From contig CAVYKI010000002.1 of assembly GCA_963769025.1 (NCBI GenBank), positions 288,001-352,000 of the forward strand: a DNA stretch of 64,000 bases. The letters run 5' to 3'. Positions 9,779-18,400 of the stretch are shown here, one piece after another. Origin of the DNA: an uncultured Verrucomicrobiae bacterium (GTDB lineage Bacteria; Verrucomicrobiota; Verrucomicrobiia; Chthoniobacterales; Chthoniobacteraceae). The position numbers and the translations under genes were made by a program. The stretch's first letter is position 1. Each line of letters starts with the position of its first letter. The notes under the pieces were generated by a model. The model was given only the letters and a program-made list of their open reading frames with translations, searched no databases and was not told the origin of the DNA.

Positions 9779-10051
9779 TCAGCGCTGGTCGAGGTATTCC
9801 TCGATGCGCTGCGCCTTCCGCAGCAGGTAGGGCGTGTGCTTCTCCGCGATCTCCACGAATTTCTTCAGCACCTTCATCGTGGTGATGAACTCCTCGGCAA
9901 ATTTCTCCGCCTCCTGATCCTGCCACGAGCTGCCCAGCGCCGCGAACCGCGCCTGAAGCGATCCCGCCTTCGCCTGCACGTCGTCGTTGAAACGTTTCAG
10001 CTCCTTCGCAAACCGGCGCACTTCTTCTGGGTCGATGATTGCCTGGGCCAT
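9779..10051 (-). CDS. WXG100-family type VII secretion target (90 aa, W-Q-D variant)
   Basis: MAQAIIDPEEVRRFAKELKRF...LGSSWQDQEAEKFAEEF...EEYLDQR. Size, the IDPEEV N-terminus and central W43 fit an ESAT-6-like helical hairpin. Confidence 0.85.
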   Translation of the reverse strand: MAQAIIDPEEVRRFAKELKRFNDDVQAKAGSLQARFAALGSSWQDQEAEKFAEEFITTMKVLKKFVEIAEKHTPYLLRKAQRIEEYLDQR

Positions 10052-10199
10052 GGTCGTGGATTTCTGGGGTTGGGGAGCGGGAGACGAAGGAATGATAACG
10101 CCCGGCCCGTGCAGTTCAATACGCGCGTTGGTTTCCGACAAAATGTTCACGGCCCCGCGTTGCACTTTTCGCCGCGAATGCTCACCGTCCACCGCCTCC

Positions 10200-11183
10200 A
10201 TGAAACGTTGCTTCCTCCTCTTTGCCCTCGGTTTCGCCGTCACCTCCATCGCGTTCGCCGAGGAAAAATCCGCCTCGTCTCCCGCTCCGAAGCCGGCACC
10301 GCCCCGCGTGTCCGATGCGGTCGAACGGAAGGCCGACCTGCCCTACGCCGGGAACGACAATCCGCGCCAGGCGCTCGACCTTTACCTCCCGAAAAAGCGC
10401 TCGACCGACAAGCCGCTGCCGGTCGTGGTGTACATCCACGGCGGCGGATGGAGCGGAGGCAGCCGGGCGGGCGGGGGGATGGCCGCGGGCTTCGCGGCAT
10501 CTGGAAATTACGCCGGCATCAGCGTCGGCTACCGGCTTTCCGGGGAGGCGAAATGGCCCGCGCAAATCCACGACTGCAAGGCCGCCATCCGCTGGATCCG
10601 CGGCCATGCGAAGGAATACAACCTTGATCCCGACCGCATCGGCGTCACCGGCACCTCCGCGGGCGGACACCTCGTCTGCCTGCTCGGGCTCACCCAGGGC
10701 GTGAAGGAGCTCGAGGGAAGCATCGGCGAATTCACCAGCCTCAGCTCACGAGTCACGTGCGTCGCAAATTACTGCGGGCCCACCGACATGGCCGCGCCGC
10801 TCATGCAGGGCGAAGCCGCGCTGAAGGACGATCCCGCCGTCGCCGGATTACTCGGCGGTCCCATCGCGGAAAAGGCCGCCGAGGCGAAAGCCAGTTCGCC
10901 GCTCACCTACGTCGGCCCGGGCAAACCGCCCTTCCTCACCGCACATGGAACGAAGGACATGCGCGTGAATTTCACCAACGCCACGAAGCTCCACGAGGCG
11001 CTCACGAAGGCCGGCAATTCCTCGATCCTCCTCGCCATGACCGACGCCGGCCACGGCTTCGGCAGCCCGGAACTCAACAAGCGCGTGCAGCAGTTCTTCG
11101 ACATGCACCTGCGCGGCATCCAATCGGAGATCTCCTCCGAGCCCATCCCGCTGCCCGCTCCTGCCCAGCCGGCGAAACGATAG
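10200..11183 (+). CDS. Secreted alpha/beta hydrolase (HSL-like lipase/esterase)
   Basis: Signal peptide MKRCFLLFALGFAVTSIAFA; HGGGW; GTSAGGHL; HGTKD; AGHG. Confidence 0.9.
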   Translation: MKRCFLLFALGFAVTSIAFAEEKSASSPAPKPAPPRVSDAVERKADLPYAGNDNPRQALDLYLPKKRSTDKPLPVVVYIHGGGWSGGSRAGGGMAAGFAASGNYAGISVGYRLSGEAKWPAQIHDCKAAIRWIRGHAKEYNLDPDRIGVTGTSAGGHLVCLLGLTQGVKELEGSIGEFTSLSSRVTCVANYCGPTDMAAPLMQGEAALKDDPAVAGLLGGPIAEKAAEAKASSPLTYVGPGKPPFLTAHGTKDMRVNFTNATKLHEALTKAGNSSILLAMTDAGHGFGSPELNKRVQQFFDMHLRGIQSEISSEPIPLPAPAQPAKR

Positions 11184-11203
11184 CCTCAGCCTTTCCGCAC
11201 GCT

Positions 11204-12100
11204 ATGAAAATTCCCGCACCATTTTCTTTTCCACGCCCGCGTCCGAGCCGCCGCCACGCCCGGCGGAGCGCCTGTTTCGCGCTCCTCGGGACATTCGTGA
11301 TGTTCCTGTTCCCCGGATGCGACAAGGGCGCGCCCGGTGAGCAGAAGTCCCAAGGCGGTTACGCGGCCGGTCGTGTCACGTTCGCGGATGGCAAGCCGAT
11401 CACGGGCGATGTTCAGGATATCAGCATCAGCATCACGGGAGTGAGCGAAGCCGGCGAGAAGGTCAGTTACACACCGATCGTCAAGGACGGTGCGTACAAG
11501 CAAAAGCTGGTGCCGGGGCAGTTCCGGTTCGGGTTCTGCAAAATCAAGGTGAAGTTTGCCGGGACGACCTTCACGTTCGATCTGGAGCCAGTGGGGCCGA
11601 ACTGGAGCAAGAATCAGGACTCCGCCGGCGGGATCGTGCAGGACTTCGTGTGGAAGCCCACCGGCCTGCGGGAGACTTACGGCCGGAAGCCGGATCCGAA
11701 CAACCACACGCACTGGTACGGCATGAGCGTCGGGATGCGTTTCCAGACGTGGCGCGAGGATACCAAGAAGCCGCCGACGGTGTTGCCGGAGGGAACGAAA
11801 CTCGTGTTCACGCTCACGCCGACGAGCAGGAGCATCGATGGCCGGGAATTGCAGCCCATCACCGTCGAGCGCGACTGGCGGCCCAAGGACATCACGACGA
11901 ATGACGACATCAATGATCTGCCGCCGGCAAACTATGAACTCACGGGCGTCGCCAAGCTGCCCGACGGGACCTCGCGGCCCATCCTTTTCCAAGGCCGGGG
12001 CAACTATCCCAACTACGTGCAGAAGGGCATCGTCACGCTCGAAAACGACGGAATAACCGGCGGAATGTGGAAGCAACTGTTCGGCTGGGTGACTGACTGA
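11204..12100 (+). CDS. Hypothetical lipoprotein
   Basis: Basic N-region, hydrophobic stretch and lipobox-like FPG-C; beta-rich mature region. Confidence 0.65.
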   Translation: MKIPAPFSFPRPRPSRRHARRSACFALLGTFVMFLFPGCDKGAPGEQKSQGGYAAGRVTFADGKPITGDVQDISISITGVSEAGEKVSYTPIVKDGAYKQKLVPGQFRFGFCKIKVKFAGTTFTFDLEPVGPNWSKNQDSAGGIVQDFVWKPTGLRETYGRKPDPNNHTHWYGMSVGMRFQTWREDTKKPPTVLPEGTKLVFTLTPTSRSIDGRELQPITVERDWRPKDITTNDDINDLPPANYELTGVAKLPDGTSRPILFQGRGNYPNYVQKGIVTLENDGITGGMWKQLFGWVTD

Positions 12101-12151
12101 CGGGCGGGGCGCTTGCGTTCGGTAGGGCGTTTGTGCAGCGTCCGCGCTCGC

Positions 12152-13708
12152 ATGAAATGCCTCACCCTCCTCTTCGCAATCGCGCTGGCTCCGGCCCTCC
12201 GCGCGGAACTGAAACTCCCCGCCATCATCGGGGACCACATGGTGCTCCAGCAGAAGCAGTCCAACCCCATTTGGGGCTGGGACACCCCGGGCACGAAAGT
12301 CACCGTCACTTTCTCCGGGCAGACGAAGTCCGGCACCGCCGGCAGCGACGGTCGCTGGGAGGTGAAGCTCGATCCGGTGAATGCGAATGCGGTGCCGCAG
12401 GTGATTTCGATCGCGGGGACGACGAAGCGCGACATCCAGGACGTGCTCGTGGGCGAGGTGTGGATGTGCTCGGGGCAGTCGAACATGGGCTTCACGCTCT
12501 CGGGCGACTGGAATGGCGACCTCGAGGCGGCGGCGTCGGACTTGCCGAATCTGCGGCTCATCAAGGTGCCGAACGTGGGCACGCAGGAATTGCAGAGCGA
12601 CTTCAAGGGCGAGTGGAAGGCGTCGAACGCGGACAGCGCGCGGTCTTTCAGCGCGGTGGGATTTCTCTATGGCCGCTACCTTCACCAGATCCTGAAAGTG
12701 CCGGTGGGCCTGATCGACAACGCGTGGGGCGGCTCGGCGGCGGAGGCGTGGGTGCGGCGTTCGTCGCTCGAAAAGGATCCGCGGTTCGCGCCGCTCATCG
12801 AAGGCACCGTGAAGCGGGAGACTGATTTGCAGTCGGAGCAGGCGAAGGTGAATTTTGAAAAGGCGATGGCGAAGTGGAAGGAAGACGCCGACAAGGCGAA
12901 GGCCGAGAACAAGCCCGCGCCGCGTGCGCCGCAGTCGCCGGAGGGATGGCTTCGCGGAAATGCGCGGCCCGGAAACATCTTCAACGGCGTGATGGCCCCG
13001 ACGCTCGGCTACGGCATCAAGGGCGTGATTTGGTATCAGGGCGAAAGCAACGCGGGCCGCGCATGGGAGTACGGGCAGCTTTTCCCGTACATGATCGAGC
13101 AGTGGCGCGCGGAGTGGAAGCAGGGCGACTTTCCGTTTTACTGGGTGCAGCTCGCCGACTTCATGAGCGAGAAGCCCGAGCCGGGCGACAGCGCGTGGGC
13201 GGAACTGCGCGAGTCGCAGACCAAGACGATGAAACTGCCGAACACCGGCCAGTGCGTCATCATCGACATCGGCGAGGCCAAGGACATCCACCCGAAGAAC
13301 AAGCATGACGTGGCCGCGCGCCTCGTGCGCTGGGCGCTCGTGAAGGACTACGGCCTGAAGTTCGCGTTTCGCAGTCCGGAATTCAGCAAGCTGGAAATCG
13401 CGGGCAACAAGGCGACCGTCACGCTGGACATGTTCGGCAGCACGCTTCGGCCGTTCGATGTGCAGGACGCCGTCGGCTTCGCGGTGTGCGGCGAGGACAA
13501 GGTGTGGCACTGGGCGAAGGGCAAGGTTCTTCCTCCCAACAAGGTCGAGCTGACGAGCGACAAGGTGAGCGCGCCCATCGCCGTCCGCTACGCCTGGGCG
13601 GACAACCCGGTGTGCAATCTCTTCAGCAACGAAGGCCTGCCGGTCACGCCGTTCCGCACGGATGACTTCGAGATGACGACGAAGCCAAAGCCGGCCGTCG
13701 CGAAATAA
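12152..13708 (+). CDS. Sialate O-acetylesterase (SASA/SGNH)
   Basis: Signal peptide; DHMVLQ; GEVWMCSGQSNM; GVIWYQGESN; DIHPKNK; VRYAWADNP. Confidence 0.92.
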   Translation: MKCLTLLFAIALAPALRAELKLPAIIGDHMVLQQKQSNPIWGWDTPGTKVTVTFSGQTKSGTAGSDGRWEVKLDPVNANAVPQVISIAGTTKRDIQDVLVGEVWMCSGQSNMGFTLSGDWNGDLEAAASDLPNLRLIKVPNVGTQELQSDFKGEWKASNADSARSFSAVGFLYGRYLHQILKVPVGLIDNAWGGSAAEAWVRRSSLEKDPRFAPLIEGTVKRETDLQSEQAKVNFEKAMAKWKEDADKAKAENKPAPRAPQSPEGWLRGNARPGNIFNGVMAPTLGYGIKGVIWYQGESNAGRAWEYGQLFPYMIEQWRAEWKQGDFPFYWVQLADFMSEKPEPGDSAWAELRESQTKTMKLPNTGQCVIIDIGEAKDIHPKNKHDVAARLVRWALVKDYGLKFAFRSPEFSKLEIAGNKATVTLDMFGSTLRPFDVQDAVGFAVCGEDKVWHWAKGKVLPPNKVELTSDKVSAPIAVRYAWADNPVCNLFSNEGLPVTPFRTDDFEMTTKPKPAVAK

Positions 13709-13753
13709 AGCAGGGGGCTTTCGCCGGAAGCGCTGTCGCATTCCTCAAAGCGT

Positions 13754-13780
13754 GGGCGGCCTCGGCGAGGCCGCCCTACC
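13754..13780 (-). repeat. REP-like GTAG hairpin between convergent genes
   Basis: Minus strand GGTAGGGCGGCCTCGCCGAGGCCGCCC with a 10-bp stem; the TAG of GTAG is the stop codon of the SDR gene. Confidence 0.65.
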
Positions 13781-14642
13781 TTTCCCGTGCGAGCGCGGCG
13801 AGTTCCGGCTGCCGCTCGACGGCGTCGAAGAAGCTCGGGAATTGCGGCGTCCAGCCGAGTGCGCGCAGCTTTGCGTTGCTCACGCGCTTGCTCGTCCAGC
13901 CGCGCTTGCGGTTCGGATCAATCGGGCCGCTCGGCGGGAGGTGGCGCGCGAAGCGCTCTGCGAGCCACGTGTAGATCTCGCGCTGCGGCATCGGCGCGTC
14001 GTCGCTGACATTGTAGATTCCCGCGGCGCGCTTTTCGATGAGCACGCGGAGCGCGGAGGCGATGTCGTCGCGGTGGACCTGGTTCACGAAGCGCATGCCG
14101 TCGCCTTCGATGACCGCCTCGCCGCTGAAAAACTTCCGCAGCAGCACCGAGCGACCCGGCCCGTAAATGCCGGCAAGCCGGGCGACGATACCTCCGCTGG
14201 CGAGCACGAGTTCCTCGGTTTCGCGGAGGAGCCGCCCTGTTTCGCGCGGCGGCTCGGAGAGGCTTTCCTCGGTCGCGACCGAGCCGTCCGTCTGCGCGTA
14301 CACACTCGTGCTGCTGGTGAAGAGCAGCCGCCCCGGCGCGAATGCCGCGAGCAGATTGCGCGCGCCTTCGAGATACACGCTGCGGTACGCATCCGCGCCG
14401 CCGCGCCCGGAACTCGCGCAGTGGATCACCGCATCGGGCGCGCCGCCGAAGCGCGCGCCGAAAGCACGCACGGCAGTCGCATCGGAGATGTCGCACGCCG
14501 CGACGGGAAACGGTTCGCCTTTGAGCGCCGCCGCGGACTCCGCGGAATGCGTGAGCCCGAGCACTTCCCATCCGGCATCGTGAAACGTCCGCGCCGCAGC
14601 GAGGCCGACAAATCCGCAACCGGCGATAATGATTCGTGGCAT
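13776..14642 (-). CDS. NAD-dependent epimerase/dehydratase, atypical SDR (YeeZ-like)
   Basis: IIIAGCGFVG Rossmann motif; FTSSTSVY; RLAGIYGPGR; KRVSNAKLRALGW. Confidence 0.9.
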   Translation of the reverse strand: MPRIIIAGCGFVGLAAARTFHDAGWEVLGLTHSAESAAALKGEPFPVAACDISDATAVRAFGARFGGAPDAVIHCASSGRGGADAYRSVYLEGARNLLAAFAPGRLLFTSSTSVYAQTDGSVATEESLSEPPRETGRLLRETEELVLASGGIVARLAGIYGPGRSVLLRKFFSGEAVIEGDGMRFVNQVHRDDIASALRVLIEKRAAGIYNVSDDAPMPQREIYTWLAERFARHLPPSGPIDPNRKRGWTSKRVSNAKLRALGWTPQFPSFFDAVERQPELAALARER

Positions 14643-14664
14643 CGTTCAGGGAAGTGGGGGATGG

Positions 14665-14746
14665 ATCCGCAGATTTCGCAGATTAACGCAGATGAAGAAG
14701 CTAGGGCAGCAACTTCCTTCTGCGTTAATCTGCGCAATCTGCGGAT
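14665..14746. repeat. 28-bp inverted repeat built from 9-bp subunits (CGCAGATTN)
   Basis: ATCCGCAGATTTCGCAGATTAACGCAGA (14665-14692) and TCTGCGTTAATCTGCGCAATCTGCGGAT (14719-14746); one mismatch. Confidence 0.9.
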
Positions 14747-14764
14747 GAAAATGCGTCGTCGTCT

Positions 14765-15238
14765 TCACGGCGAAAACTCCACGCGTTTGCTCAGCATTTT
14801 TTCACCGTCGAATTCGAACCATCCCTCGAACCGTTCGCCCGCGAGAACCTGCGGGAGCCAGTGTTGATCATCCTCCCACATCTCGTGAAACGGTACGCCG
14901 TCCACGGGGAACCACATCGGCAGCGCCTCGTCCGTCTCGATGGGGTTTCCGTCAAAATCGCGCGCGACGAACACGACGCAGTGCAGGCTGTAGCCGTCGG
15001 TGAATTGGAACCGCACGACGCCGCGGTCTTCGAGCAGCAGGGGCGTCACGCCGATTTCCTCCTGCGTCTCGCGGATGGCGGCGGCAAGCGCGGTCTCGCC
15101 GGCTTCGAGCTTTCCGCCGGGGGCGTTGATTTTCCCCGCGCCGAGCCCGCGCTTCTTCCGGATGAGCAGCACGCGCCCGTCCTTCACGATGAAGCACAGA
15201 TTCGCGAGTTGGCGCGGCTGCCAGTTTTGCCAGTCCAT
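14765..15238 (-). CDS. Nudix hydrolase, 8-oxo-dGTP diphosphatase (MTH1-like)
   Basis: LLIRKKRGLGAGKINAPGGKLEAGETALAAAIRETQEEIG (Nudix box); MWEDDQHWLP. Confidence 0.9.
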   Translation of the reverse strand: MDWQNWQPRQLANLCFIVKDGRVLLIRKKRGLGAGKINAPGGKLEAGETALAAAIRETQEEIGVTPLLLEDRGVVRFQFTDGYSLHCVVFVARDFDGNPIETDEALPMWFPVDGVPFHEMWEDDQHWLPQVLAGERFEGWFEFDGEKMLSKRVEFSP

Positions 15239-15442
15239 GTGCGGCAGCAGTATTCGGCTTTCGGCGTTCCGTGAAGCCCGTCTTCGCGATTCCTGAATGC
15301 CGGGAGTTGAGCGAGGGAACGTCACGTCCCAGTTAAGCCTTCACGGAACGTTGAAAACAAGGTCTGGGCTGCTGCATTGCCGGGAACGCGATAGACAACC
15401 CAGCCGCAAGCAATACCTTCCAGCGAAACCCTGACTGTTCCG

Positions 15443-18400
15443 ATGAAACGCCACGCACTTTTCGCATGCGCGACTGCCGTAGTGGCGATGGTCGCGGTGG
15501 CGATCTGGTTCATGAGTCGGGGCGAAATTGCGGACCCGAAAAGATGGGCTGAAGGTCCGGCTGCCGCGGTCGCCGTTCCGGCCGATGCGGTGCAACGCGC
15601 GGCGCTTCCGCCAGCCCCGGAAGCCAACGCCGCGCGGGCCGCGGGAGTGAAAGGTCCGGCTTCGGCGATCGACGCATTCAACGAGTGGGCGGCTCGCTAC
15701 CTCGCCGCGGGCGCGACCGAACGCGCACGGCTCGTGGACGAAGGGCTGACGCTCGCGAATGCGCGCCGGTCGGAATTGCGCGACATCATCGTGCAGGATC
15801 CGCGGCGCGCGATCGAGAATGCGGTGCCGCCGGTGGTGCGTCAGCAATTACCGCCCGTGGTGGCGCAGCGGCTGGAGGAGCGGGTGAATGAGGCGGCTTT
15901 TTTCGGCGTCATGGGTGTGTTGCCTTCGGCGGAAAATCCCGATGTTCCTCCGTACCGGCGCGAGGTGCGGATGCGAGATGGCGGGTATTACCGGGCGTTC
16001 GTGTATGGAGAGCGACTCACGCAGCAGACGACGGAGAGCACGTCCATCGTGGGCGTCGCGGTGGATGATCTAATGGCCGTGGACGAGCGGCGGCTGCGGA
16101 CCGTGGCGAGCGGGGAGATCCCGAATCATCCGAACAATCTCACGCGCGAGCGGACCGTGGCGAAGACCGATGCGCAGGGCTTTTCGCTCGGACGGCAGAT
16201 CACCACCGCGCCGGCGCCGCCTCGTGACACGGTGGAGACGTGCCCCATTTCCGGACTGAGCACCGTCGTCCCGAAAGCGGACGATGGCGGCTTCGCGCCC
16301 GTGGGGAGCGAGCAGATTGTCGTCGAGGCGGGTGGAAAATTTCACTTTCTGTGCACTGGCGGGCACATCCACGCGTTCGAGGAGGAGCTCATCGCGCGCG
16401 AGGGCGGCAACGGAGGCCCGACGCAGCCGACCTCGCCGCCCACGGCCACACAGAGCACGGGCTACAAGTCGCACCTGCTCATGCGAATCGCATTTCCCGA
16501 GGCGCTCAAGGGCAGCGTGACGGAGAAGGAAGGCCACGACCTCGGAAAGAACGTTCAGGATTGGCTTCTCGACTCGAGCTACGGCGCGATGACCTTTGCC
16601 ACCACGGTCACGCCATTGCTCATCCTGCCACGGACCGAGGCGTGGTACAAGGAACAGGACACCGGCGGCAATGCCTACGAAGTGCTCACCGACGCACGCG
16701 CCGCCGCGAAGGCCGCCGGTTTTGATCCGGCAAATTTCAACTTCGACACCGTAATCTACACCGGCAGTCCGGGCGGCTTCAGCGGCCAGGCCTACGTCGG
16801 CTCGAAAGGATGCTGGCTGAAGTCCGGCACCAACACCGGCGTCGCCTGCCACGAATACGGCCACAACTTCGGCCTCTGGCACGCGAACTTCTGGAGCACG
16901 ACGAACGGCTCGGTGATCGGCGGAGGAACGCACTCCGAATACGGCGACAGCTTTGACACGATGGGCACCGCAAGCGCGGGCGATTTGCAGTTCAATGCGT
17001 GCCACAAGAACATCCTCAACTGGATTCCAACGACGCTCGTGAACGATGCGACGACGAGCGGGACCTATCGCATCTACCAGATGGATCAGCCGCGCCAGGA
17101 CCCGCGCCTGCGCTACGCCCTGAAAATCCGCAAGGACAGCGACCGGGATTACTGGGTCGATCTGCGGCAGCGCTTCACGAGCAATGCGTGGGTGCAGGGC
17201 GGTGTCTTTCTCCACTGGAGCGCGTGGCTGCCGAGCAAGAGCGGCACGCACCTGCTCGACACCACGCCCGGCTCGCCGGACGCCAAGAACGACGCGCCGC
17301 TCCCGATAGGACGCACGTTCAGCGACGTGGAATCGGGCGTCCACATCACGCCCATCGCAAAAAACACCACGACTTCGCCGACGAGCGTGGACGTGGTGGT
17401 GAATCTCGGGACGTTCGCGGGAAACAGCGTGCCCGTCGTGGGCGTCGGCGCCAGCGCGACCAGTGTGGCGACTTCGACGAACGTGACTTTCACCGCAACC
17501 GCGACCGATGCCGACGGCGATGTGCTGAGCTACGCGTGGGATTTCGGCGACAAAGGCTTCAGCACGACAAATTCGCCGGTCGTCACGAAATCGTGGGCGA
17601 CGGCAGGCGAGTATCGCGTGCGATGCACGGCTTCCGACTTGAAGGGTGGCACCGCGAGCGCGTCGGTGATCGTCACCGTGGGTTCGCCGGGCACGTTTCG
17701 CATCGCGGGGACAGTCACCTCGGCCGGGCAGCCGCTGAAGGATGTGCGCGTCTACAATGGTCTGAGCGGCACGAACTATCGCGAGGCTTACACCGACAGC
17801 AACGGGACCTACACGCTCGTCGGACTTGCCGCTGGGACATACAATGTGGACGCGAAGATTTACGGATACGCATTCGGTCAGGAGGCAACGACCATCACGG
17901 TCGGCCCCAGCAAGAGCGGCGTTGATTTCACCGCAGACCCACGCGCGATGGTGAGCATCGCAGTGCAGGACGCGGATTGCAGCGAGGGTGCGAACACGGG
18001 TTCGTTCCGGATCACGCGCACGGGTTCGACGGCGGCGGCGCTCACCGTCCAGCTTTACTTGCCGACAGGCTCCGCGACGAAAGGCAGCGACTACACGCTG
18101 GCTCCCGATGTGGTTGCTGTCAGCCCTTATCAGACACTCACGATTCCCGCCGGCCAGCCGTTCCTCGACGTCGTGGTGACGGCGGCGATCGACGCCTCGG
18201 TCGAGAGCTTCGAGCGCGTGACCTTGGAACTCGCGCCGTCGGCCAGCTACGTCCTCGGCAACGCGACCTCGACGATCTGGATCACCGACAGCAACACGGC
18301 GAATCCGCTTGTCCGGATGCGCGTCACGAAGCGCGACGCTGCGGAGGGCGGGACGGGCGGCCAGTTTCTCATCGAGCGGATCGGCCCGACCACGAACGCG

